DNA of 41,975 bases from Candidatus Enterousia sp. (lineage in GTDB: Bacteria; Pseudomonadota; Alphaproteobacteria; Rs-D84): assembly GCA_045648865.1 (NCBI GenBank), contig JAZROU010000011.1, forward strand, positions 1 to 41,975, written 5' to 3'. Below the pieces are notes generated by a model, which made no database searches, was not told the origin of the DNA, and saw only the letters and a program-made list of their open reading frames with translations. Both the position numbers and the translations under genes were made by a program. Within the stretch, counting starts at the first letter, position 1. The number at the start of each line of letters is the position of its first letter. Positions 24,075-33,615 of this stretch are shown here, in pieces.

Positions 24075-25849
24075 TACTTTAATCCTTTTAACAGTTCTTT
24101 CATAACGGCGGCAACGGTACGTGCGGCGGGGCCACTGCCGCCGGCATGTTCTGTCACGACGCATACTGCATACTTTGGTTTATCAGTTGGTGCATATCCG
24201 ACAAACAATCCGTGATTTCGCATTTGCCATTGCAGCTGTTCATTGGTCAGAACACCGCTTTGTCGTTCTTTCTTAGAAATACTGCGCACCTGGGACGTAC
24301 CTGTTTTTCCACCCATATGCATACCATTAACATTAATTGCGCTGCCTGCGGCGGTTCCACCTTTTTTCAGCACCTGTTCCAATCCATTTAAAACATATTG
24401 GATATTTTTTTGTTGTAAATTCATACTGTCAAAATTCGGCTTTTTTGTATCCGCAATCAGTCGTGGAACAACGCGCTTGTTCGAAGATGCACGCGCCATC
24501 ATAATTGCCAACTGCAAACAGTTTGCTAAAATAAACCCCTGGCCGATTCCTGAAATAACTGTATCGCCATGAACCCAACGTACACCGACCTGTTTTTCTT
24601 TCCAGTATCTGTCTGGCATAACGCCGGGCATTTCGCGCGACAATATGTTATCCATATATGTTTCAGTCAACCCCAGTCGAATTGCCATATCTTTGATTGC
24701 GTCTATTCCGATACGCAACGCAATCTGATAGAAATAAATATCGCACGAATGTTTCAGCGCCCCCGCCAGGTCGACGTATCCGTGTCCTTTTTCTTCCCAG
24801 CAATGATATCTGCGGTCACCGTAATCCCAGTATCCCGGACAGAAAATTTTTTCTTTGGGATTAATTGCGCCTGATTCCAGCGCCGCCAACGCCACAACGA
24901 TTTTGAATGTCGACCCCGGCGGGTACAAACCTTCGATTGCCTTGTTCATAAATGGTTTTGCGATATCATCCCGCAGGTTTTGAATATATTCGTCCGCATC
25001 ATCTTCGCGGAACATATTCGGGTCAAAACTGGGCACAGAAACCATTGCCAGAATATCACCTGTTTCTATATCCAGCGCCACGCCACATCCCGACCTGTGT
25101 TTTGCCAGTGCATCATACATAACGCGCTGAACATTATCATTAATTGTTGTCTTTACATTTTGTCCAATTGTTGGTGCGACATATTGTGATTTGTCTTCGC
25201 CTGTGATACGTCCCACTGCATTCGATATTAAAACAGTCTGTCCTGCGATACCCTTCATCACATCGTCAAAACGTTTTTCCAGTCCTGTCACACCGGTTGT
25301 AAAGAAAGGTGCATTTGGGATTTGATTCTTAGGTTCGCCAACATATCCAAAAATTTGTGCGCCGGCCGGTCCCATTTCATAAATTCGTGCATATCCACTT
25401 TCCACGTGCAGTCCCGGCAAATTTTTTGCCTGTAATTTTGCCAACGCGTTCCAATCAGTATTTTCACTGACTAATACCGGTTGAAATTTAAGTTGTTTTT
25501 TTATCTTGGCACGTATTTTTTCGACGCGTTTTTCCCGCAGATTTAAATCCCTTGCCACCGTTTCGACCAGGTTATCTATATCACGTGCCTCTTCTGGGAT
25601 GATATAAATACGATAAATCGGTGCGTCGCGTGAAATAGGTGTCCCACTGCGTGTTAAAATTTTCCCGCGTTCAGGCATATTTATCTGTATACGATAAGAA
25701 TTATTCTCGCTTTTCTTTTTATAGTCACGATAACTAAACACCTGCATCTGCAGCATTCGTAACACCAACGCAGACGTTAACACCGCCCCTGCTGTTAAAA
25801 ACAGGGCACTGCGTCTATCAAAAGTTCTTGCAACTTCCTTGTCAATCAT
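24074..25849 (-). CDS. mrdA: penicillin-binding protein 2 (elongasome transpeptidase)
   Basis: N-terminal anchor, SxxK as STFK (PPGSTFKIV), KTG as GGKTGTSQV, 591 aa. Confidence 0.9.
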   Translation of the reverse strand: MIDKEVARTFDRRSALFLTAGAVLTSALVLRMLQMQVFSYRDYKKKSENNSYRIQINMPERGKILTRSGTPISRDAPIYRIYIIPEEARDIDNLVETVARDLNLREKRVEKIRAKIKKQLKFQPVLVSENTDWNALAKLQAKNLPGLHVESGYARIYEMGPAGAQIFGYVGEPKNQIPNAPFFTTGVTGLEKRFDDVMKGIAGQTVLISNAVGRITGEDKSQYVAPTIGQNVKTTINDNVQRVMYDALAKHRSGCGVALDIETGDILAMVSVPSFDPNMFREDDADEYIQNLRDDIAKPFMNKAIEGLYPPGSTFKIVVALAALESGAINPKEKIFCPGYWDYGDRRYHCWEEKGHGYVDLAGALKHSCDIYFYQIALRIGIDAIKDMAIRLGLTETYMDNILSREMPGVMPDRYWKEKQVGVRWVHGDTVISGIGQGFILANCLQLAIMMARASSNKRVVPRLIADTKKPNFDSMNLQQKNIQYVLNGLEQVLKKGGTAAGSAINVNGMHMGGKTGTSQVRSISKKERQSGVLTNEQLQWQMRNHGLFVGYAPTDKPKYAVCVVTEHAGGSGPAARTVAAVMKELLKGLK

Positions 25850-26297
25850 GTTGCACCCTTTGTATCAGTTTTGCGGTCGGTATATAAATCGCGGTTGCCA
25901 TTATAAACATCCACCCCCCCCGCAGAATATTTATAAATGTAAAGTTTGTAATTACCTGAATAAACACAGCCACCCCAAAAAATACCATAAACGCCAGTAT
26001 ACCATACTTATCCATATGTGTTATATCAATATACGTCTGAAACCCATTTATTGCAAAGAACAAACAATACATCGCCAACCAAAAGCAAACTGTTTCAAAA
26101 TTATAATCAATACACACACACATCAAAACGGAAAAAATCGGGAACCAGTTTACCGGTCTTGCAAAAGAACAAATGAAAACAGGCACAATTGCCAGTATAC
26201 CTGCTGGGTTCCAAAACGGGTGTGCCAACCGCCACAATCCGATTGTTAATAAAAACGGAAATGCGGCACGTAAAAAATTAATTATATTTTCTTTCAT
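25842..26297 (-). CDS. mreD: rod shape-determining protein MreD
   Basis: 151-aa polytopic membrane protein between mreC and mrdA, overlapping both (4 nt and 8 nt). Confidence 0.75.
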   Translation of the reverse strand: MKENIINFLRAAFPFLLTIGLWRLAHPFWNPAGILAIVPVFICSFARPVNWFPIFSVLMCVCIDYNFETVCFWLAMYCLFFAINGFQTYIDITHMDKYGILAFMVFFGVAVFIQVITNFTFINILRGGWMFIMATAIYIPTAKLIQRVQHD

Positions 26298-27118
26298 TTA
26301 TATTCGTTTTTTGGTGTATCGAATTTTAGTACCATAACCCGTGAAATTTCGGCTGGATTTGCAACTGCGACATCTGTTTCATCAATCATTTCACCAACGA
26401 TAAGTCCTGCTGGCAAAACCCCGGATATATTACTGGAAACCAGTTTTATTCCACGCACAGGTTGAAATTCAGGATTGCTAAAAAATCCCATTGTTGGATA
26501 CTTTGACCCATTTCCTGTCATAAAACCATAAACATCCGACCCAACAACACGCACAGCAATATTTGTATCTGCATCTGTCAGGGCCCGCACACGTGAAAAA
26601 TTATTTGCGCTGTCAATTATAATTCCGGCCAGACGCATATCAGTTGTTACCACAACCATACCTGTTTCGACACCATCACGTCCACCCCGGTTTATTATAT
26701 ACGTATTATGCCCCAGTGCCCGATTATCATGAATAACATCTGCGATAACTGCGTCACGTGGCTGGGTACTTACCAGTCCTAATTCATTGGTTAATTTTTG
26801 ATTTTCTTTTATTGCGATATCGCACAAATCCTTGTTTATCATTGCGGCGTCCAAACGCGCACGCAGTTCTTTATTTTCTTCGCGCAGTGATGAAACCTGT
26901 GTAATTGCACTGAACGTATTTCCGATGACCCGAAACGGCCACGTAATTACATCCCCCACCACCTGGGCCACAGGCACAACCACATGTCCCAACGCATTCA
27001 TAATTGCATAGTCTGGTTTTGCAACCATGATGTATATAAACAGAACTGGCAAGACCGCCGCCGTTGCGACCGCGCGAATCAAAGGGTATATTTTGGAAGA
27101 TATCTTATTTTGTTTCAT
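26294..27118 (-). CDS. mreC: rod shape-determining protein MreC
   Basis: N-terminal anchor, coiled-coil LREENKELRARLD, beta-rich C-terminal domain with GGRDGVETGMVVV and GLIVGEM blocks. Confidence 0.85.
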   Translation of the reverse strand: MKQNKISSKIYPLIRAVATAAVLPVLFIYIMVAKPDYAIMNALGHVVVPVAQVVGDVITWPFRVIGNTFSAITQVSSLREENKELRARLDAAMINKDLCDIAIKENQKLTNELGLVSTQPRDAVIADVIHDNRALGHNTYIINRGGRDGVETGMVVVTTDMRLAGIIIDSANNFSRVRALTDADTNIAVRVVGSDVYGFMTGNGSKYPTMGFFSNPEFQPVRGIKLVSSNISGVLPAGLIVGEMIDETDVAVANPAEISRVMVLKFDTPKNEYK

Positions 27119-27126
27119 CGGGCATT

Positions 27127-27155
27127 ACTTTAACCCCAAAAAGTCAGATATTCAA
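27127..27155 (-). promoter_or_regulatory. candidate promoter TTGAAT-17-TAAAGT, 8 nt before the mreC ATG
   Basis: minus-strand TTGAAT (27155..27150), 17-nt spacer, TAAAGT (27132..27127), aatgcccg, ATG 27118. Confidence 0.45.
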
Positions 27156-27258
27156 TAAAAACTTGATTTTTGAAATAAATCTGGCAAAATAGGCACAGTC
27201 AAAGTGGCAGGCATTGCCACCAGACACTAAAAACTATCTAGAAATAAAAGGATATAAA

Positions 27259-27462
27259 ATGCCAAAATTAAAGACCAAGTCGTACTTGAAAAAACGTGCG
27301 TCTATGACCGCGACCGGTAAAATCCGTGTTGCACGCAACTCTCATAAAAAACTGTTGCGCAAGAAATCTGCCCGCGCAAACAAGGCAGGTGCAAAACCAC
27401 AGTATTTGAATGAAAACATGGTGGGTCAGGCAAAAATCCTGGCGCCATACGGTTTGAAATAA
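27259..27462 (+). CDS. rpmI: 50S ribosomal protein L35
   Basis: MPKLKTKSYLKKRASMTATGKIRVARNSHKKLL...; AAAGGA SD; start trimmed from 27214. Confidence 0.9.
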   Translation: MPKLKTKSYLKKRASMTATGKIRVARNSHKKLLRKKSARANKAGAKPQYLNENMVGQAKILAPYGLK

Positions 27463-27476
27463 GGGGGTAACAGGTC

Positions 27477-27845
27477 ATGGCAAGAGTAAAACGCGGTACA
27501 ACCGTTAAACAAAAGCACAATAAAATCTTAGCACGTGCCAAGGGTTACCTGGGCCGTCATCATTCAACATATCGCGCCGCCCGTGAAAAAACGGAAAAGG
27601 CGGGTCAGTATGCATATCGCGATCGTCGCGTTAAAAAACGTGAATTTCGTGGTTTGTGGATTGTCCGTATCAATGCAGCGGTACGCGCAAATGGTATGAC
27701 TTACAGCCAGTTTATGAATGGCCTGAAAAAGGCAGGCATCGCCCTGGACCGCAAGGTTTTGGCCGAAATGGCATATGCAGGTGATGCAAACTTCGTCAAA
27801 TTGGTTGACACAGCGAAACGATTTAACAACGCCGAAAGTAAATAA
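27477..27845 (+). CDS. rplT: 50S ribosomal protein L20
   Basis: [24 protein letters not shown]...[25 protein letters not shown]. Confidence 0.95.
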   Translation: MARVKRGTTVKQKHNKILARAKGYLGRHHSTYRAAREKTEKAGQYAYRDRRVKKREFRGLWIVRINAAVRANGMTYSQFMNGLKKAGIALDRKVLAEMAYAGDANFVKLVDTAKRFNNAESK

Positions 27846-27881
27846 TACCTTGTCGGCGGGGTATCTGTTTTGTAATAATAA

Positions 27882-27906
27882 AGGCCGTCGTATGACGGCT
27901 TTTTTA
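27882..27906 (+). terminator. rho-independent terminator (possibly partial) after rplT
   Basis: GCCGTC gtat GACGGC followed by ttttttaaa. Confidence 0.6.
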
Positions 27907-27926
27907 AATGTTTTAAGGTAAGAATC

Positions 27927-28874
27927 ATGCACGAACAAATAAAAAATATTAATACATTGGAAGATTTACAGGCGCTGTACACCGCAACATTTGGCAAAAA
28001 TGGCACAATGACGGCGCGCCTGAAAGAGATGAAAAATCTGGATAACGACGCGCGCGCGGCATTAAACCGTGAAAACACGGAACTGCGCGAATTATTTAAA
28101 ACACGCCAGATTGAAATTGAAAATGCAGTATTGATGGCGGGCCTGCAGAAACAGAAATTGGATATGTCTTTGAATCCAATGCCAGAAAATCGTGGTACAT
28201 TACACCCACTGACGCAAAGTCTGTCTGAAATATCGGCAATTTTGGAATCGTTTGGTTATACGATGTACACAGGTCCTGAAATCGAAGATGATTGGCATAA
28301 TTTTACTGCATTGAACACCCCAATGCATCACCCTGCCCGTGATATGCAGGATTCTTTCTTTTTGCCAAATGGCAATGTGTTGCGTACGCAAACATCTGCG
28401 ATTCAAATTCGTGCGATGGAAACAGATGGTGTACCAATTAAAATGTTCGGCATTGGTTCGACATATCGCAAAGAAATGGACGCAACACACAGCCCGATGT
28501 TCCATCAAATCGAAGGTTTATATATCGACAAAGATATCACTATGTCGGATTTAATTGCGGATGTTCGTGCATTTTTATCGCGCTATTTTGGCATTGAAAA
28601 CGTTGAATTACGCATTCGTCCATCATACTTTCCGTTTACAGACCCATCCATTGAAATTGACTTAAAATGGCAGGGTGGCAAATGGCTGGAAATCATGGGA
28701 TCTGGGATGGTTCATCCAAATGTATTGCGCAATTGTGGTATTGACCCCGATGTTTACCAGGGTTTTGCGTTTGGTTTTGGTTGGGACCGATTGGCGATGT
28801 TAAAGTACGGTCTGAACGACATCCGTCAATTTTACGACAGTGATGTGCGCTGGCTGAAAAAATCTGGATTTTAA
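27927..28874 (+). CDS. pheS: phenylalanine--tRNA ligase alpha subunit
   Basis: class II motifs: HPARDMQDSFF, FRVGSTYRKE-like IGSTYRKEMDATHSPMFHQIEG, GFAFGFGWDRLAML. Confidence 0.93.
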   Translation: MHEQIKNINTLEDLQALYTATFGKNGTMTARLKEMKNLDNDARAALNRENTELRELFKTRQIEIENAVLMAGLQKQKLDMSLNPMPENRGTLHPLTQSLSEISAILESFGYTMYTGPEIEDDWHNFTALNTPMHHPARDMQDSFFLPNGNVLRTQTSAIQIRAMETDGVPIKMFGIGSTYRKEMDATHSPMFHQIEGLYIDKDITMSDLIADVRAFLSRYFGIENVELRIRPSYFPFTDPSIEIDLKWQGGKWLEIMGSGMVHPNVLRNCGIDPDVYQGFAFGFGWDRLAMLKYGLNDIRQFYDSDVRWLKKSGF

Positions 28875-28888
28875 TGTGGGGGTAAAAA

Positions 28889-31192
28889 ATGAAGTGGACA
28901 TATGATTGGTTAACAGAATATTTAAAAACAGACGCATCTGCGGACGTGATTGCCGATACTTTGACCAGAATCGGGCTCGAAGTAGAAGACCTGCAATCAC
29001 CTGTTTCCCCAATTGCGGCAAAAATTATTGAATGCAAACCACATGAAAACAGTGACCATCTGCACGTGTTAATGGTTGATGATGGCACGCCCACCCCGCG
29101 TCAGGTTGTATGTGGTGCGCCAAACGCGTGCGTGGGTCTGATATCTGCGTTGGCAACGCCCGGCTGCATAATTGATGGGCATGAAATTACATCTGGCAAA
29201 TTGCGCGGGGTTGTATCGAATGGCATGATGTGTTCTGCGCGCGAATTGGGAATTGGCGACGACCACAGTGGCATTATTGAATTGCCATCCGACACAAAAA
29301 TTGGAACGCCTGTTATTGAATCCAAGACCGTATTTGACGCCGGTATCACACCAAACCGCCCTGATTATTTATCGGTTCGTGGCATTGCGCGTGACCTGGC
29401 TGCGGCGGGGGTTGGTGAATATATTGCACCAAAAGACGGCGAATTTAAATCTGTTGCGGGCGCGCGTTCTGTAAAACTGGAAACACAAAAATGTCGTGCA
29501 TATAAAATGGTTGAAATTCATGGAATTGATATCGCCTCCAGTGATAAAAAGATTGCGTCACGCCTGCGTGCGATTGGGATAAATCCGAAAAATGCCCCAA
29601 TTGACGCAACGAATTATATCTGTTATGACATGGCGCAACCAATGCACTGTTTTGACGCAGACGAAATTGATGGCGACATTGTTGTGCGTAATGCGCGCGC
29701 CGGTGAAAAGTTCACAGACCTGTTCGGCACAGAACATGAATTAACCGACAATGACGTTGTTATTACCGATGCGTCGGGCATATTGGCATTGGCGGGTGTT
29801 ATCGGTGGTGCGCGTGGTGCAACGACTGAAAAAACAAAGAATATCATCTTGGAATCCGCATACTTTGACCCAGTATCTGTCCGTAAATCTGCGAAAAGAT
29901 TGGGAATATCGACCGACGCATCATATCGCTATGAACGTGGTATTGACCCAACAATCACCGGTCCGGCCGCCATGCGTGCCACAGACATAATTATGTCCCA
30001 GTGTGGTGGAAAAATTGTCGGCGCATTTTCTGCTGGCACAGATTCTGGGGCGGACATAAAAATCAAATATACGCCATCGTATTTCATGAAAAAAACCGGA
30101 TTTGATATTCCGTCTGAAACGCAACATGAAATTCTGACGCGTCTTGGGTACGATATAAAAACGTCTGGCGATAATTGGGTGTTAACACCACCTTCGTCAC
30201 GCGTAGACGTCCAAATCCCAGAAACAATTGTGGCGGATTTGTTGCGTATATATGGATATGACAAAATTGCGACATCGTCTGCGCATACCATTGGTGACGC
30301 GCGTCCACACGACACACACGAAATGGATATCAAGACGTTGTTGTCATCACGTGGCCTGAACGAATGCCGTTCATTTGGTTTTGGGAATCTGGTAACCGAA
30401 CAATTGTTATCAGACAAAACAAATATTCAGATTGCCAATCCAATAACTGCGGATTATGACACAATGCGTAACGGACTGTTGTGTGGATTGTTAACCGCGG
30501 TGTCAAATAATGAAAAACGCGGATACCCAGATTTGAATTTATTTGAATTGGGCACGGTATTTGACGGTGACGCGCCGGGTGGGCAACATACATCGCTGTG
30601 CATTGTTCGCACGGGCGCCACATCGCCACGGCATTGGACTGGGCGTAATAGAAATGTTGATGTTTACGATGTGAAATCAGACCTGATTGCATTAATGTCG
30701 GGCCAGCGTTTCACGGTATCAACAGACAACCCGCCACGCTGGGCGCATCCATATCGTTATGCGGCCATATATCAGGGTAAAAAGCAAATTGCCCAATTTG
30801 GTGAATTGCACCCATCGGTTGCGAAAAAATTACGCATTAAAACGAATGTGGTTATTGCTATTGCGGATGATGTAAAAAATCTGCCATCTCGTCGCCGTGG
30901 CACAGCACCGGTATTATCTGAATTCCAACCTATAACGCGTGATTTTGCGTTTATCACAGATTCAGATACAATGGCGGAAAAATTGACGTCTGTGGCGCGT
31001 TCTGCGGACAGCCGTATCACTGATATTGTTGTCTTTGACGCGTTTGATTTATCGAACGGGAAAAAATCCATTGCATTTACAATTACGATTCAACCAACGG
31101 ACAACATGTCTGACACAGATTTGATGGCCGTGCAAAATGCGGTTATATCTGCGGTTGAAAAAAAGTGTAATGCGCAAATTCGCGATAAATAA
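28889..31192 (+). CDS. pheT: phenylalanine--tRNA ligase beta subunit
   Basis: MKWTYDWLTEYL N-terminus, tRNA-binding domain (VCGAPN), B3/4 and B5 regions, C-terminal FDVF-like anticodon-binding domain; 767 aa. Confidence 0.93.
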   Translation: MKWTYDWLTEYLKTDASADVIADTLTRIGLEVEDLQSPVSPIAAKIIECKPHENSDHLHVLMVDDGTPTPRQVVCGAPNACVGLISALATPGCIIDGHEITSGKLRGVVSNGMMCSARELGIGDDHSGIIELPSDTKIGTPVIESKTVFDAGITPNRPDYLSVRGIARDLAAAGVGEYIAPKDGEFKSVAGARSVKLETQKCRAYKMVEIHGIDIASSDKKIASRLRAIGINPKNAPIDATNYICYDMAQPMHCFDADEIDGDIVVRNARAGEKFTDLFGTEHELTDNDVVITDASGILALAGVIGGARGATTEKTKNIILESAYFDPVSVRKSAKRLGISTDASYRYERGIDPTITGPAAMRATDIIMSQCGGKIVGAFSAGTDSGADIKIKYTPSYFMKKTGFDIPSETQHEILTRLGYDIKTSGDNWVLTPPSSRVDVQIPETIVADLLRIYGYDKIATSSAHTIGDARPHDTHEMDIKTLLSSRGLNECRSFGFGNLVTEQLLSDKTNIQIANPITADYDTMRNGLLCGLLTAVSNNEKRGYPDLNLFELGTVFDGDAPGGQHTSLCIVRTGATSPRHWTGRNRNVDVYDVKSDLIALMSGQRFTVSTDNPPRWAHPYRYAAIYQGKKQIAQFGELHPSVAKKLRIKTNVVIAIADDVKNLPSRRRGTAPVLSEFQPITRDFAFITDSDTMAEKLTSVARSADSRITDIVVFDAFDLSNGKKSIAFTITIQPTDNMSDTDLMAVQNAVISAVEKKCNAQIRDK

Positions 31193-31200
31193 AAATGTTT

Positions 31201-31230
31201 AAAAAGCCGGCATTTGCCGGCTTTTTTTTT
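31201..31230. terminator. bidirectional terminator (AAAAA GCCGGC attt GCCGGC TTTTTTTTT)
   Basis: perfect 6-bp (7-bp with the flanking A-T pair) stem 31206..31221 flanked by A- and T-runs, between convergent genes. Confidence 0.75.
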
Positions 31231-31696
31231 AACGATATTTCATATGATTTTTAAACAAAACACACTTTACAATTTCGCATGCATTTTTTTCAGACGTAAC
31301 ACCCGCTTTGACAATCTTGTTGCAAGGCTGTTCTGTTAACTTGCAATATGGAACCTCATTTTTATACGTATACATACCAGCAATATTTTTTATACCATTA
31401 TTATCTGGTTCCTTTTTATTAGTAATCATGAACAATTCATCCAAAATTTTTTGTCCAGACCAGGTTTTCATACGTGCCTCTATCTCAACAGAAAACTTGA
31501 TATCATACTTGCTTTCTAGTTCTGTAAGCAATTCTAACATATCCAACGAATCAAACCCTGCACATTGGGTCAAGAAAAGTTCTTCATTCAAATGACTTTT
31601 TAGAACATCCACTGGAATATGTGAATAACGAGAAACCTTTTCTAAAAAGAATTTTTCAATATTTTCTCGATCGGTTTTTTTTTGCACAAATTTCAT
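31229..31696 (-). CDS. acyl/peptidyl carrier protein-like domain fused to a ~70-aa four-Cys C-terminal extension
   Basis: phosphopantetheine-site motif GFDSLDMLELLTELESKYDIKF; tail has YCKLTEQPC and ACEIVKC; AAGAGG SD before ATG 31696 (trimmed from 31720). Confidence 0.7.
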   Translation of the reverse strand: MKFVQKKTDRENIEKFFLEKVSRYSHIPVDVLKSHLNEELFLTQCAGFDSLDMLELLTELESKYDIKFSVEIEARMKTWSGQKILDELFMITNKKEPDNNGIKNIAGMYTYKNEVPYCKLTEQPCNKIVKAGVTSEKNACEIVKCVLFKNHMKYR

Positions 31697-31720
31697 GTAT
31701 AACCTCTTTTTAATAGACAT

Positions 31721-31748
31721 AAAATATCATATTATTCAGATTTGTCAA
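31721..31748 (-). promoter_or_regulatory. promoter TTGACA-16-TGaTATTTT for the carrier-protein gene
   Basis: minus-strand TTGACA (31748..31743), 16-nt spacer, TGa TATTTT (-10 hexamer 31726..31721). Confidence 0.55.
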
Positions 31749-31781
31749 CTTTGATATTTGTTTTCTATTTTGTTTGATAAG

Positions 31782-31805
31782 AAAAAAATCCCGCAAATGC
31801 GGGAT
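31782..31805 (-). terminator. rho-independent terminator of mreB
   Basis: minus-strand ATCCCGC attt GCGGGAT followed by ttttttt. Confidence 0.7.
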
Positions 31806-31808
31806 TTA

Positions 31809-32873
<1,065 letters not shown>

Positions 32874-32888
32874 TTATGATTTTTTTGA

Positions 32889-32917
32889 ACTATAAATCAC
32901 AGCATTGAAAAAATCAA
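32889..32917 (-). promoter_or_regulatory. mreB promoter TTGATT-17-TATAGT
   Basis: minus-strand TTGATT (32917..32912), 17-nt spacer, TATAGT (32894..32889). Confidence 0.55.
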
Positions 32918-32936
32918 GGCGCGCCAACAAATTTAT

Positions 32937-32963
32937 TTGATTAATCAGATATTATGGTATTAT
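32937..32963 (+). promoter_or_regulatory. candidate rnpA promoter TTGATT-15-TGgTATTAT, 9 nt before the ATG
   Basis: TTGATT 32937..32942, TG 32955..32956, TATTAT 32958..32963, ATG 32973; no SD in between. Confidence 0.4.
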
Positions 32964-32972
32964 ATCCGCACT

Positions 32973-33320
32973 ATGATAAGAGATACTATAAAAAATCATG
33001 CTGACTTTGCGATGGGCGAAAACGACCCAGTGGCGAAAAGTGCATATTTTCTGGTTCGTGCCAAACGCGCAAAATTACCAGATGATGCCCGATACGGTAT
33101 GATTGTTACTAAAAAGACCTTCAAGCATGCGGTTGACCGCAATCGTGCCAAACGCATGTTGCGTGATTGGATTGCACATTGTGAACATATGATGTGCCCA
33201 GAATGGGATTATGTTTTTATTATCCGCCGTGCGATAATCGAAGCCGACCGTACATCTGGTCGCGATGCGATGAAAAAGGCGCTAAATTATCTGCGCAAAC
33301 AGGAAATAAATGCCGAATAA
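32973..33320 (+). CDS. rnpA: ribonuclease P protein component
   Basis: TIKNHADF...YFLV, TKKTFKHAVDRNRAKRMLRDW (RNR motif); start trimmed from TTG 32937. Confidence 0.85.
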   Translation: MIRDTIKNHADFAMGENDPVAKSAYFLVRAKRAKLPDDARYGMIVTKKTFKHAVDRNRAKRMLRDWIAHCEHMMCPEWDYVFIIRRAIIEADRTSGRDAMKKALNYLRKQEINAE

Positions 33321-33546
33321 ATTATCTGTTTTTCAGCGCGCATCAATTGCCCTGGTACGGTTTTATCAATATGCATTATCACCTATATTCGGAGGTCGTG
33401 CGGCATGCCGTTTCACCCCAACCTGCAGTGAATACACCCGTACAGCGATTGAAAAATACGGTGTACTTCGTGGCTGCTGGATGGGCTTAAAAAGAATTTG
33501 CAGATGTCGTCCTGGGGGTGGGTATGGATTCGACCCTGTTCCTTGA
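33310..33546 (+). CDS. yidD: membrane protein insertion efficiency factor YidD
   Basis: RFYQYALSPIFGGRAACRFTPTCSEYTRTAIEKYG...CRCRPGGGYGFDPVP; overlaps rnpA by 11 nt. Confidence 0.9.
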   Translation: MPNKLSVFQRASIALVRFYQYALSPIFGGRAACRFTPTCSEYTRTAIEKYGVLRGCWMGLKRICRCRPGGGYGFDPVP

Positions 33547-33570
33547 CAATGTTTGCATATGTGGTACAAT
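33543..33570 (+). promoter_or_regulatory. accBC promoter TTGACA-16-TGgTACAAT
   Basis: TTGACA 33543..33548 (includes the yidD stop), 16-nt spacer, TG 33562..33563, TACAAT 33565..33570. Confidence 0.6.
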
Positions 33571-33615
33571 TTACCATACGCATGATGGTAAAATATTATA
33601 CATAAAGGATTAAAT

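Noticed and set aside
27846-27926. T-box, attenuator or leader peptide upstream of pheS
   Set aside because: The 81-nt gap holds only the rplT terminator hairpin and the pheS SD. There is no room for a T-box, and no Phe-rich leader ORF is seen.
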